A DNA stretch of 56,437 bases, counting the filler, from Basidiobolus ranarum (Eukaryota): assembly GCA_040143965.1 (NCBI GenBank). It is 3 parts of 3 records of this genome, joined end to end, with 100 filler letters (N's around TTAATTAATTAA, not from the genome) between each part and the next. Parts side by side here need not be neighbours in the genome. Positions count along the whole stretch, not along the records: positions 18,880 to 37,634 come from JASJQH010007143.1; positions 37,735 to 56,437 come from JASJQH010007145.1; 1 more part is not named here. The stretch is one strand, 5' to 3'. A program made the translations under genes and the position numbers. The notes beneath the pieces are model-generated. The model had not been told where the DNA came from. It ran no database searches and saw only the letters and a program-made list of their open reading frames with translations. This document shows positions 26,602 to 39,198 of this stretch, piece by piece (the first letter of the stretch is position 1; the number at the start of each line of letters is the position of its first letter).

Positions 26602-28779
26602 ATGACTGTTACAACGATGAATCTAAATTCTACTACACCTGTCAATGTTCAACATAACCATGGTGAACGAACCAACGATTCGACTGTTCCTGGTACTGGA
26701 ATCATCGAACTAGATCCTTGGCTCAAGCCTTTTGCTCCTGTACTTGCTAAAAGGTATTCTATTTACTTTTCGTGTGTTTCTTGGTAGAAGTATTCTTAAT
26801 CAATTACTAATCTATCTTTTTATTCTAGATACGCCAAATTTCAAGAATGGTGCAGTAAGATCGAGCAATATGAGGGTGGTTTGGATAAATTTTCTCGTGG
26901 TTATGAGAAAATGGGTTTGAACGTTACTCGTGAAGGTATCCTTTACCGAGAGTGGGCTCCTAACGCAGTTGCCGCTAGTTTGATCGGTGAATTCAATAAC
27001 TGGGACCACCAAGCTAATCCTATGAACAAAAAGGAATTTGGAGTCTGGGAGATCCTTCTTCCCAATAAGCCTGATGGTACTACGGCAATCCCTCACGATA
27101 GTAAAATCAAAATATCGATGGTAACACCCAACGGAGAGCGCATTGATCGTCTTCCTGCCTGGATTAAACGCGTAACCCAAGATTTAAACGTTAGTCCAAT
27201 CTATGATGCGCGTTTCTGGAATCCAGAGCCATACGTCTGGAAAAACAAAGCACCTCCCAAGCCTGAAGATCTCAAGATTTATGAAGGTCACGTTGGTTTC
27301 TCCAGCCCTGAACCTAGAGTCGCTACTTACAATGAGTTTACCGAAAATGTCTTGCCTCATATCGCTAGCCTTGGTTACAATGCTATTCAGCTTATGGCAA
27401 TTATGGAGCATGCTTATTACGCTAGTTTTGGCTATCAAGTTACCAGCTTCTTCGCTATCTCAAGTCGTTTTGGAACTCCAGAAGATTTAAAGAGACTCAT
27501 CGATACCGCTCACGGAATGGGAATATATATTCTTCTTGATATGGTTCATTCACATGCTTCTAACAATGTACTTGATGGCCTGAATCATTTCGATGGCTCT
27601 GATCATTGCTATTTCCACGAAGGGACCAAGGGTCGTCATGAACTATGGAATAGTCGTTTGTTTAACTATGGCCACCACGAAGTACTTCGTTTCTTACTTT
27701 CCAACCTTCGTTTCTATATGGAGGAGTATAGAATTGATGGGTTCCGCTTTGATGGTGTTACTTCAATGATGTACGTTCATCACGGTATTGGATCCGGTTT
27801 CAGCGGTGGTTACCATGAGTATTTCAACGAAAACGTTGATGAAGAAGCGGTTGTCTACCTGATGCTCAGCAACCACATGTTGCACAAATTGTACCCTGAA
27901 ATTATCACTATTGCGGAAGATGTGTCCGGTATGCCAGGACTTTGCCGCCCCGTTCAAGAGGGTGGTGTTGGTTTTGATTACCGTTTAGCCATGGCAGTGC
28001 CAGATATGTGGATTGAGTTACTCAAAGAAGTACGTGATGACGACTGGAAGATTGGACATATCGTGCACACTTTAACTAATCGTCGTCATATGGAAAAAAC
28101 CATCACATACTGTGAATCCCATGACCAAGCTTTGGTAGGCGATAAGACCATTGCTTTCTGGTTGATGGACAAAGAGATGTATGACCATATGTCAACCTTA
28201 AGTCCTTTAACTCCTATCATTGACCGCGGTATTGCTCTTCACAAATTGATTCGGTTAATCACACATGGCCTTGGCGGTGAAGGCTATCTTAACTTTGAAG
28301 GCAATGAGTTTGGTCACCCTGAATGGCTTGACTTCCCACGCGATGGAAACGGAAGTAGTTTCCAATATGCGAGACGTCAGTTCAATTTGATAAACGATGG
28401 TTTACTTCGTTTCAGGCATTTAAACGACTTTGACCGTGCTATGAACACTACAGAAGGCGAATATCGTTGGTTACAAGCTCCACAAGCTTATGTCTCTCAT
28501 AAGCATGAAGAAGACAAGATCATTGTATTTGAACGAGCTGATCTTCTTTGGATCTTTAACTTCCATCCCAGCAAGAGCTTTAGTGATTACAAAATTGGTG
28601 CAGGTTGGGCTGGAAAGTATCGGGTAATTTTGAATACCGACAGTCCAGCCTTCGGTGGACATGATCGTATTGATTCTAACCAAGAGTACTGCTCGAAGAA
28701 TGAAGAATGGTATGGTCGCCCCAATTGCATTCAAGTTTATATCCCCAGTCGTACCGCTATCGTTCTCAAGCATGAATAA
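26602..28779 (+). CDS. GLC3: 1,4-alpha-glucan (glycogen) branching enzyme, GH13_8
   Basis: Single intron 26754-26828. Motifs [84 protein letters not shown]. Confidence 0.97.
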
Positions 28780-29367
28780 GTATTGTTGACTACATCCATC
28801 CAATGTATAATCCATCACCTCTACCTTTCACCTACTTCCGAATTTTTCCTTTTTGATCAATTACAAAGCAATCCCGTTTGTCTTCTATGTATTTCTCCTA
28901 AACATTCTTGATGTCCTCGTTTTACTCGCCGTTAAATCTCACGTAAAATACCGATCATTTTTAATAAGTTCACCTCACCAAAAGATTTTGAATTGTATGG
29001 TTTCCGAGTCTTGTCTTATATGAAAACTATAAAACTTTGTTATGTCCTCTCGCATCTACGCTTTACTCTTGTTTTCAATCAGGTTGTTGCTAGATCACAT
29101 CAGATATTAAAAATCTGACAGAATCTGTACATGGGTGTTGATTGTAGGTAGGGAGCAATATCTTGGATCGAATATCAGGATAAGCCGAACTTTTATAAAT
29201 ACGCTTTTGAGCATTGGATTCCTTGATAAATATAGTTCGTAAACACTAAATACATAGATTACATTTTAGATTAATCATCAGTTGTGCGGAGTGTGAAGTT
29301 TGTATCCCATTTTCTTTACGTGATGGTACCTGGATATTTGCCGATAAGTTGGATCGTTTTCTGGTAT

Positions 29368-31080
29368 TCAAAGGGATTCTTCCAAGAATGCTGCAACCAA
29401 AGAGGGAATTGGTCTAGCGGTGACATTACTAATGCTAATTCCACGGGGAGGTTCTAAGGCAGAGCCAGCAATATCAAGATGGGTATAAGATATCTGTTGG
29501 TTAGACTCAGCATCTAGTCCGTGCTTATCAAGGCCAGAGGCCACAATCATGAAGGCTACTGGCAGTTGATGTCCACGATTAGTCATGGTACTTGGCTTAT
29601 CGTTGGATTGAATTACATCTTCACGAGAACTACAAGATGAAACAATCGACATGTCTTCTCTACGTAGGGTAGATATCTCGCAGGGATCAGCCCATTCAGC
29701 CCCAGCATTGAAAATTCGGGTGGAGATCTTATCCTTACGTGCGGGTCCATTATCAAGAGTGCATGTATATGGACCAACAGCTCTAATAGCATGACCAGTT
29801 AAAGTAGCAACTGTAAGTAATCGAGCTGGAGTTTTATCACCTCCTTCACGTGCTTTCAAGACTCGTTCACGCATGTGACACAAAAGATCTGTCATTACCA
29901 TACGACCTTCAGCATCAGTGTTACCTACAAGAACCCTAACTCCAGCTCTGGAATATATCACTTCATCACTAAGATAAGCATCGGACCCGATACTATTACG
30001 TACCATACCCAGATCAGCAACAATATTTACATGCGTAGGTTGCTGTTCAGCAACAGTTTTCATAAATCCAGCAACGGTAGCCGCTCCCAGTTTATCTCGA
30101 GACATCCCACGCATAGCTCCATTAATCTTTAAATCAGCACCACCGGTATCATAAGTGACTCCTTTACCAACAAAGTAGAGGTTTTCCTTCACTTTGGAAG
30201 GTTCCGGAGATTTGTATTCAATTCGTACCACACATGGTCTATGTCTTTCAACGTCCACAGAGCATCTGGACACAGCATGTAGCAATGGATATTCCTTCTT
30301 CAATGTATCCAAATCCTTGATAATAGTTAATGTAGTATTTTTAGCACCCGCTAAAGATTCTTTAACATATTCGGCAAATTTCAGAGGAGCCATACGTTCA
30401 GGATCTGGGCTACCAACATCTCTACATAATCTTCTTCCTTGTTCAATTGCAGTGACTTTCTTGATAATCCCTTCAAGAAGAGAATTATCCACATCATTAG
30501 CTAAAATACCTAATTCCGTAATATCTTCGGGTGAAACTTGACCAATTTTTTCTCTGTGCTCTCTTAATTCAAGGTATTCGTAACACGCTTCAAGAGCCCC
30601 CAAAAGAGTGACTTCCAAATAACGTTTGTATTCAGGGTGCCCTTTAGGAGGGTCTACAAAATGAATTAGAGGACTGGTAGCACCAGCCTGACGGGCACGC
30701 TGGACAGCCTTGAGGGTAGTTTCTTGTTAAGAAAAGAAAAAAGTTACTATGTTATACGGTCAAGGAAAGTATCAATACAAGTGGGAATTAAAAAAGGAAA
30801 TACCTCCAATCTTACGAACATCATCAGTGTCAGCAAATAGAGATCCAGTAGGAGCCAAGATAATTCTACCTCCGGGGGCTTTGGAGTCAGCAATGAAAGA
30901 GATATTGGAGCCAGCATGTTTATCAGCTTTAGCATAAGAAGCAACGGTGGCAGAAAAATCGAAAGCTAGCACTTCTGGAGATAGCTTTTTAACGTCAGTA
31001 AAAAGTAAAATAAGGCCGTCGTAGTTGGAAGAGCCCAAATCCTGGCTAGAGGAGAGAACGGCAATTTTAGGGACACCCAT
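29368..31080 (-). CDS. Cytosol leucyl aminopeptidase, peptidase family M17
   Basis: Two exons (intron about 30723-30803). Metal-binding motifs VGKGVTYDTGGADLK, MSRDKLG, NTDAEGR, ATLTG, HLDIAG. Confidence 0.93.
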
Positions 31081-31808
31081 TGTTTCAAAGAGAGATGAGC
31101 AACTGGCAATTGTACTCTATAGTTCAACTATAACCCCCACATTTATATGAAATAGATATGACTAGCTAGCAAATGGTTTGATTTCTAAAACTATTTATCC
31201 AACTCTTTGATGATGAGTTTAATCCCTGTTCCATTACGCAAGTGTTCGTAGCTTCCAAGAGCACATCGTGTGTTTAGTAGTAATATATAATGCTGACCAA
31301 TAGAAAGCACGAGTACCAAGGAAGCCTAAGCCACCTTGAATAGATGTGAATATACCTCTCCATATGAGCTAATTGGGCTCATCACCTTTACTAATCCACA
31401 TAGAAGCGGATTGCTTGTCCAGATAGGGAGTGATATTCATTCAGGTGTATATTTATACTGGTGTAAGTCCTGCCCCCAGGATACCAAATAATTATATGCT
31501 CTTATAAATCAACTGATCATAAAAATGACTTGGAAAACTGGAATACTAGTCACCAGGATGCTCTCGAGGAGGTTCAAAGTAGTAATCTAACTGTTACCGC
31601 AACAGGATTAGCCTCAAATATACTCGAATCACTGAACGTCCATTGTCGAGCTCACTGATAATTCCTTCAAGAAGCCTTCAAACTAGCTGTGACGTATCAT
31701 TCCTAAACTACAATCTCAGTACTGCTGTTTGTGTGGTAGAAGATATTAATACTGAATATTCATTCAAATTTATTGACTCAAATTTCAAATATAAACATAG
31801 AATACAAA

Positions 31809-32255
31809 CTAATCTCTACTAGAATTCACACGCATACGGCTTTGACCTTGAAGTTTCTCTGATTTGCCTTCAGCCAATATTTGTTGATCGTTAAGTTTTT
31901 CACCCACTGCCTCTTTGAACTGGCCCTTCAACTCTTCCCCTGCCCCTTCTGCATACTCTCGTACTCTGGCCGACTCATAGTCCGCGGCCGCTTGTGCATG
32001 GTCGCATAGACCTTCGGCTGTCATCTCGTCCTTGCCAAGCAAACCACCTACAACTTGTTTCATACTGCCTTTAGCTGCTTTGATGTTTGCTGAGGTTTTA
32101 GTAGGCTCGGTCTTTGTGGAGGCATCCCAAATGGCATTAGCCTCGGCTTGCTTGTGCTGCCCGTCAGATTGCATTTGATCATTCCCTAACAAGCCTCCAA
32201 CTGCTTCTTGAATATAGCCTGAGGCTGATTTCGCTGTAGTTGAGATTCTGTCCAT
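31809..32255 (-). CDS. CsbD-like repeat stress protein (Hmp1/LEA-like)
   Basis: Three repeats, GYIQEAVGGLLGNDQMQSDG / GSMKQVVGGLLGKDEMTAEG / GQFKEAVGEKLNDQQILAEG, typical of the CsbD family. Confidence 0.8.
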   Translation of the reverse strand: MDRISTTAKSASGYIQEAVGGLLGNDQMQSDGQHKQAEANAIWDASTKTEPTKTSANIKAAKGSMKQVVGGLLGKDEMTAEGLCDHAQAAADYESARVREYAEGAGEELKGQFKEAVGEKLNDQQILAEGKSEKLQGQSRMRVNSSRD

Positions 32256-32777
32256 ATTTCAATTGTGAGTGGATACGAGGTATCTAACTGGAGCAGCTCT
32301 CTAGTATTTATAATATTCGTTCTATACGTTGGGTTTGCCCCATATAATAAGGTAACTTTGATCAGCAATTCTACTACTGAATAGAATACGGCATCATAAT
32401 ATGACCTCATCTACCATTGGGACTGACTGATGAGGTCAGATGAAGGCTCATTATTTATGGATTCACATTATGAGATGATGTCAATTATGACGGTCATGGT
32501 ATCTTTATGTAATCTTACCACTACTGGCAAATGCCCTTCACATACGATACATATGACTCAATAGAAATGCATCAATGAATTTGGAAATACATCAGAAATA
32601 CTAGGAAACGTGAGTCATGTAACTAAATTGAGAATTAGCGTTGAAGTACTTCAAGCAGAAATCAATATTTGTGAGGTTTAGATAAAGCGAGGAATCAATC
32701 AAGCTGGAACTTGTAAGAATATTAATGTACAGACAGTAGAAGTAAAGGATATACCGAACAGCGCAAGTTGGCAACCC

Positions 32778-35444
32778 TTAATTGGTAAAATTGGAAATAC
32801 TACGTAAACTCCAGTCCGTAGAAGAGCTAGTTCTAGATAAGCGCTCGTAAGCGAGCTTATGAAAGTGGTTCAAATCGTGAATGAATCTAGCACCAGCCTA
32901 GCATATAGATTGGTTATTGTTAATTCAGACGGCAATCTGCAACTCCCCACTCACCTTGTGCTGTTTAATTTTGTTGAATAACTGAACAGTGAATTCCCGC
33001 ACAGCTTTGGAGGGGTGATAGAGACCAGAGGCTAGAACAAACAAGCCGCCTTGGTTCTGCGGTAGATTTGCCAGAAGCTATACGGAATAGTGTTAGATAC
33101 TGTACGCATTCCTCGAAACTTCGAAATATTACCTCAATCACTTGATCATCAGTGATAACGGCATCTAAGAATGCTTTGAATATAGCCTCAGCTTCGGTAG
33201 AAGACATTTCACGACATACTTTAAGCTTCATTATTTGCCTAGCCACATCAATACTAGTGATGCTTCTAGACTTGAGGTAGCTTTGAAAGTCCTAAAAACA
33301 GGTTAGCTAAGCTTGACATCATTAAACAATAGTAAGGGATTTACTTCTTGATAACACTCGTATGAGATGGTTCCAATCCACCCTTCAATTCTACCTCGAT
33401 TAGCTAACAGCTCTTTCTCGCGGGAGCTATTTGGTCCCATATCAGGGAAATATAATCCGTTCCCTAAGAGCTCGTTTGCACTCTCGGTATTTAGATCGGT
33501 AATACCAATGCTTGTGGATCCCCTGGTTTCTTCCTCATACAAAGCGGCGAGACGAACAAATCTTTGAATATATTCTTGAATCTTCGCTCTGATTACGTTC
33601 TCTCCGTAATGGGATTGTATGGCAAGCATGACCTTTGATTTCAAAATCATCAGGACCTGTCAAAAATCGACCAAAAATTTAAATCCTTTTCAAAGCACAA
33701 ACCTCACTCATAAAATCACTATCGGACATGTTTTCAAAACGTTGTGGATGGGAGGCAGTTGAACCAGGTTTAGTTGTTGGGTCACTGCCAATCTTTTCTT
33801 TTCCTACTAGTGTGCCTCCACCAACACCAGACATATTAATTTCGCTACTTACAGTAACTTTTCCAGTTCGAATATTACAAAGTACATCCCACCACTTTGG
33901 GTGCTCTTCGAAAGTAGGATTTGTCACACCGGCAATAAATCCAGGGCTAAAGTAAATGATAACATCAGAATTTATGTTGGTAACTTAAGAGTATACGTAC
34001 AACTCACAATTTGCGAAGTTCATCGACGTTAGTCAAGTTTGTATAAGGGAACGCACGCTCGGTAAACCCTCTTAGAACTGCACCACTGCCGCTACCCATG
34101 GCACACGCTGCCAAAACGTAATTAGCCACCTCACCAGAGGGAAGGCCATGACCCAAAAAAATTATCTTCTTCTGAGTAAGAAGTGCATTAATTAAGAGTA
34201 TAATCGGATGAGTATGAGGCCCGCTCGTATGTAAATGTGGGTGCGTCATATGATATGAAGCTGCACTTTGCGAAAATGTGGTAATCAATTTAATAAGCGA
34301 AAACTAACAAAAAGCGTTAGAATCAAGTAACTCTTAACAGATACGAGAAATACCAGCTTACATCTCCGACTTCCTCCGGGTGAACAGTCAACGGAACTCT
34401 GATAGGTAATTTATGTCCCTCATAAATTACCTTTGTCTCAAAGAAATGACGGTCTTTGTTTTTGTTACTCATAGTTGTGGTCATTTCCTTTTTCTGCCCA
34501 GATGAAAGATCGATGTATGTGTTTCTTTTCTTTTTTCTCATAGTATACTCGTCTATCTCATCCCCAGACACCTGCTCTAGTTCTCTTGGGTCTCTAAAAT
34601 CAGGGTTATTGATCTCTTCCATCTCCACAAATTTCTCTTCAAACATGTCCTTATTCTCTGATGCACGAAGAATCAATCGTTCATTCAAAGAAAACGCCGG
34701 CATTGTTCGTAAATCCATGGAATTAACTGCATCAAATAGGGAAGCCAATATATCTTGAGATGGGTTCTGGAAGTAATTTTCTAAGGCTAACAGCAAAACG
34801 GGCTGTAGAGATAACCATATGGTGTCAGAGTATTTTCACTTGTATCGGCAAGAGCAACAGATTTATTACAAACTCTAACCTTGTAAACGTGTAGGTATTG
34901 ATGTTTAGTGCAAATAGCCATAGCCTTTACCATGGCCCCTCTAAAATTGACAGATTTAGAGCGTTAATAAGTCTGTTATTACAGGCCGAAACCAAAACCA
35001 AACTAACCTGGGAGCTCCAGGGTCATGTTTCGTACAAACTCGATTAAGTACATAAAGTAAAGGCTGATGGTTTGCATTTTGCTTTGCAGACTCACTCCCA
35101 TTTTCGAGGCTCTTTCCGGATTCTGGAACTTTTTGATTTAAAAAGAAGATTGTCCAGTCGTCTTCCCATTGATGGGCTCCATCTGGAAGCATAAGTTCAG
35201 CCAGAACACTATTTTGTATTAAAATTATTCATTAATCCGTACACACAGAGAATAGAGACTCAAAGGACACTGCTATGTACCATCCTTATTACTAGAACAA
35301 AGTTAAACCCAATAAGCGAAGAACTGAAGAACACACTTACTGAGGATCGGTTCCAGTTGGGGCGGGATACTGGTAGGTTAAAGATGAACCTTTGTCAATG
35401 TCAAATTCAGCTAGTAGTATGAACTGGACATGGTTGTACTTCAT
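32778..35444 (-). CDS. Afi1/MesA-like polarity protein (DENN-related Afi1 and SPA domains), multi-exon
   Basis: N-terminus [27 protein letters not shown], then [91 protein letters not shown]. Confidence 0.88.
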
Positions 35445-36153
35445 CTTGAAATTATCTGTGGATACCAGAAAGATAAGCTACTCAATAATTAGACTGTTCA
35501 ATATTGAGAAATTGCTTTTGTGCGTATAATGTCTCCCACTCCTTTACCAATTTAGAATAGTAAACCATCTTAGCCAATTGATGTAGTCGTTTTTAGCTAA
35601 ATATGTTATTTAAACTATAATTTGGAGTGTCTCCTTGTAATGGTCAGATGGTTTTAAATCGAAATTTAACAACTGTTCTAATTCAGACAATCTAAGTGGG
35701 CTTAAATTACAATCTAGGAAGCGTTGAAGTCACAAACATAAACTTATCAGCCAAATCAAATTCCGAGCAACTGAAGGCCAACGACCTATTCAGGAATTGG
35801 CTATGTATCAATTTGATTCAACATTGCAAGAGGAATCCTCAACACTCCAATTGAAAGCGGTTCTTGTCAATTAAGTAAGCCTTGGGTGTTGGAGCTATCG
35901 GCTCTACACGTTCGGAACAGACTCAAGTCTTGAAACAATTAAACAGAAATTAAGTCACTCAACAGCGTGACTCTGATTGATAGGGACTGTATTTGAGAAT
36001 ATTATTGAATCCTCCCCGATTGTTAATGCCAGATAGAGTTTCCCAGCTTGAAAAGAAAAAAGTAATGATCTCTTGATTGTTTTGGGATCAAAGCTTACAT
36101 GTGGAGGAATGTCAAAGTGTTTACAAATACACTAGATATCCTTGTGGCCCATA

Positions 36154-36533
36154 TGACTAAGAAATATGCTCGCCTTGGGCCCACATGTTACTTTGCGACC
36201 AACGAATGAGCGCCTACGTGGTACAACGCATTTCCAATGACTTCTGTAATCTGGCATTGGCTATGTGTAGTCTCAACTCTATGAGATCTAGAAAGCATTC
36301 TGCTTAATAATGGAGAATTCTTGTTCAAGTAGTTAGAAGGAATCTCGAATATTTCGTAGATTTTAATTACTAACTAATCATGGCTATATCGTTCGATCAA
36401 GAGATTTTAAATCATCCACTAAATCTGTAAAACTCGACACTTAGTCCTTCCTTCCAAACAGCAAACCTCCTCTCAAAAACCGTACTGTGTAAGTTTTATA
36501 TATAATAGGCTGCCTCCGTTCGTCAGTTACTAA
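36154..36533 (+). promoter_or_regulatory. Putative Yap1/AP-1 response elements upstream of glutamate-cysteine ligase
   Basis: TGACTAA at 36154-36160, TTACTAA at 36367-36373 and 36527-36533, TATA-like TATATATAA at about 36497. These are short motifs in AT-rich DNA, so chance matches are possible. Confidence 0.4.
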
Positions 36534-36581
36534 CGCTACAACATTTCCAAATTGATTTTCTAACAAAGTTTTCGTCTTACA

Positions 36582-37634
36582 ATGGGTCTACTTTCTCTTG
36601 GCACTCCTATGCATTGGGATGAGGCGAAGAAATACTCTGATTTCGTTCGTAGCCACGGGATTAAGCAATTCTTATCCATTTACCACAAGCTCAAGGACCG
36701 CAAAAAGGATTGTCTACTCTGGGGTGATGAGGTATGTTACTGATGTATGTTTTTACATTATCACTAGCGACACTTACCTTTTCACTACAGATTGAGTACA
36801 TGGTAGTTGATTACGATCACAAGAACAAGAACGCTCGTCTATCACTTCGCGCTTTTGATTTGATAAATGAGCTCCAAAAAAGCGAAAACGAAGCGGCCAC
36901 TAATCCGGAGTAATCATTTATTTTTATAATATAACGCACCCCTTTCCGTATTTACCAAACTGCTCGTTAAGAATTATTGTAGAAACTTCTTGGAGACCTG
37001 AATACGGCCGTTACATGCTCGAAGGTATTTAATGAGAAACAACTCTATTCTAGCTTTCTTTTCTAAGTAATTATATGTTCAGGTACGCCTGGTGCTCCCT
37101 ATGGAAGTACATTGGACGATTTGCTATTGGTAGAGAAAAATATGATACTTCGGTATGCTTTAAGTGAATACAATTAAATATATACTGAAATGATAGTACT
37201 GGATTAGACTTGAAGGCTAATGTGTCATATCTATATAACAGGAGAAACACTGTTATGGAGTATATGAACGAAAACGAGTTTCCGGTCACCGTTACTAGTT
37301 TTCCTCGTTTAGGATGCCCTGGGGAATTTTTGACACCATATCATGAGCCGAATGGGCCAGCCTCTAGAAGTATGTTTGTTCCTGACGAAATTATCAACCC
37401 ACATGCTAGATTTCCGTAAGAGTTTGTTAAGATTAATTGCTTACTTTCTGAAAACATTTCTGAGCTTATTCAAATTGAAATATGTTTAGCACTCTTACTG
37501 CCAATATTAGAAGACGTCGCCAAGCTAAAGTTGCTATCAACATGCCCATCTTCCATGATACTAATACACCCAAACCTTTCATCGATCCTACCATCCCCCA
37601 CGACAGAGATATCTTCCCTGAAGACAAAGCGGCT
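36582..37634 (+). CDS. GSH1: Glutamate-cysteine ligase catalytic subunit (5' part, truncated by contig end)
   Basis: [12 protein letters not shown]...[75 protein letters not shown]. Confidence 0.96.
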
Positions 37635-37734
37635 NNNNNNNNNNNNNNNNNNNNNNNNNNNNNNNNNNNNNNNNNNNNTTAATTAATTAANNNNNNNNNN
37701 NNNNNNNNNNNNNNNNNNNNNNNNNNNNNNNNNN
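37635..37734. other. Artificial contig linker (N44-TTAATTAATTAA-N44)
   Basis: Same structure as 18780-18879, with the palindrome at 37679-37690. Confidence 0.97.
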
Positions 37735-38070
37735 GCCACCATTTCCTCCATAGCCACCATTGTCGTCATCATCTCCGCCATTACCGCCAGAGCCGTTTCC
37801 ATTACCACCAGACCCGCTGTCGTACCCACCAGCGCCACCACCGTTACCTCCTGGGCCACCGCCATTGCCACCAGCACCACCACCGTTTCCTCCATAGCCA
37901 CCATTATCACCACCATTTCCTCCACCATTGTCACCAAGACCTCCGGAAAGGTCACTAGTGTCATATGCTGACCCAACACCACCGGAGCTACCACCATGAG
38001 CGGAGGATCCGGCGCTTACGGAGCATGCGGCAGACAGAACAAAAAGAAGAGTAGGGGCGGAGAATTTCAT
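37735..38070 (-). CDS. Secreted Gly/Asn-rich low-complexity protein (3' end lost at contig edge)
   Basis: Signal peptide MKFSAPTLLFVLSAACSVSA followed by GGNGG/DNGGYGGNGG repeats running into the gap. TATAAAA upstream at about 38141-38147 (minus strand). Confidence 0.8.
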
Positions 38071-39021
38071 TCTGTAAAGGGTATTTTAAATAATTGATAA
38101 ATCAATATTTTTGTGAGTATAAAGAAAGTTGGTGGTGGGTTTTTATATTCCACTCTATGATGAATCCCAAATTCCCTTACATGTATGGCACCGTTTACCT
38201 ACTTTGACTAACATCCACTATGCGATAGAATTGTTGAATTAGCGAGTAAACGAATAGGTGGATACACGAATGGAGATTTGAAACCACTTACTTTGAAACG
38301 CAGTTCAATTGCATTATTCTCGATTATTCTTGTAATGCAAATCCACTTTATTCTCGCTGTTAATATGCAAATGGAACAATGTGGAGACACTTTCGTGAAT
38401 TCTAATGTAAACTTTCCCCTTAATCGTTGAAGAAAGTTATCCGATGACGAAAAGGCATCTCCTGAAATCTCTACCAATTATTGACTGGTTAAACACTGAT
38501 AAATTGGAACCTAGGTGTCAAATAGCGTAACAAACTGACTATTTCCTACTTTAATTATCAGAAAATTGGAACCCCTAGAACAAGCCCTACTTGTCCTACC
38601 GACCTCCTAAGTTTTTGAAGAATCAACCAGTCACCTTTAGTGTACGTATCACTTGGAAGAGAAATCCCTCAGAATAATCCTACTTTTCTATGGGAAAGCC
38701 TCCTCACTTCGCTCACCCTTACTCCCTATCCCTTTGCCTCCTTTGGATTGGTGCTAGGAGGTTATACAAACAGGAACAGGAATAGGCGTATACATGTTGG
38801 CTAGAGAGCATCCAATCTGTCCCCTAGATGAGATGAGGAATCTCGTTAAAATAGATGGAAGTGGCCAGAGCATGGAAATCTCATCAGGCAATTACAGACT
38901 ATCGGTTGTTTTATTTACATGGGTAGGTTGATGAATATTTTCAATCTGTGATTCGTGTAATCTCCAATTGGGTGGGGTACCCTTAGTGATTTGTTTAGAA
39001 AAGTGTAAGCCATCTGGCAGG

Positions 39022-39080
39022 GCTTTGTTTTTAATAGAGGATATTGCTTTGTTTTTAATAGAGGATATTGCTTTGTTTTT
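39022..39080. repeat. 24-bp tandem repeat (about 2.4 copies)
   Basis: gctttgtttttaatagaggatatt repeated perfectly. Confidence 0.9.
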
Positions 39081-39198
39081 GTAAGCCGAATATACTTCAC
39101 GCACCGACTTGAGTAAGCTAGACATACTTCACACACCGACTTTTCGTCTTGTTACTCAACGCATAATATAAACCTTAGCAAAGAGAAAACTTTGTACA

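Noticed and set aside
37683-37997. Val/Met-rich hydrophobic ORF
   Set aside because: Alternate frame of the Gly-rich secreted gene.
36582-38070. GSH1 as a pseudogene or as linked to the Gly-rich gene
   Set aside because: The truncation coincides with the artificial linker, and the recovered exons are intact.
38892-39136. ORFs with KNKAISSI / KTKQYPLL repeats (repeat peptide precursor?)
   Set aside because: They arise from the 24-bp tandem repeat in the RING gene promoter. No signal peptide and no dibasic processing pattern.
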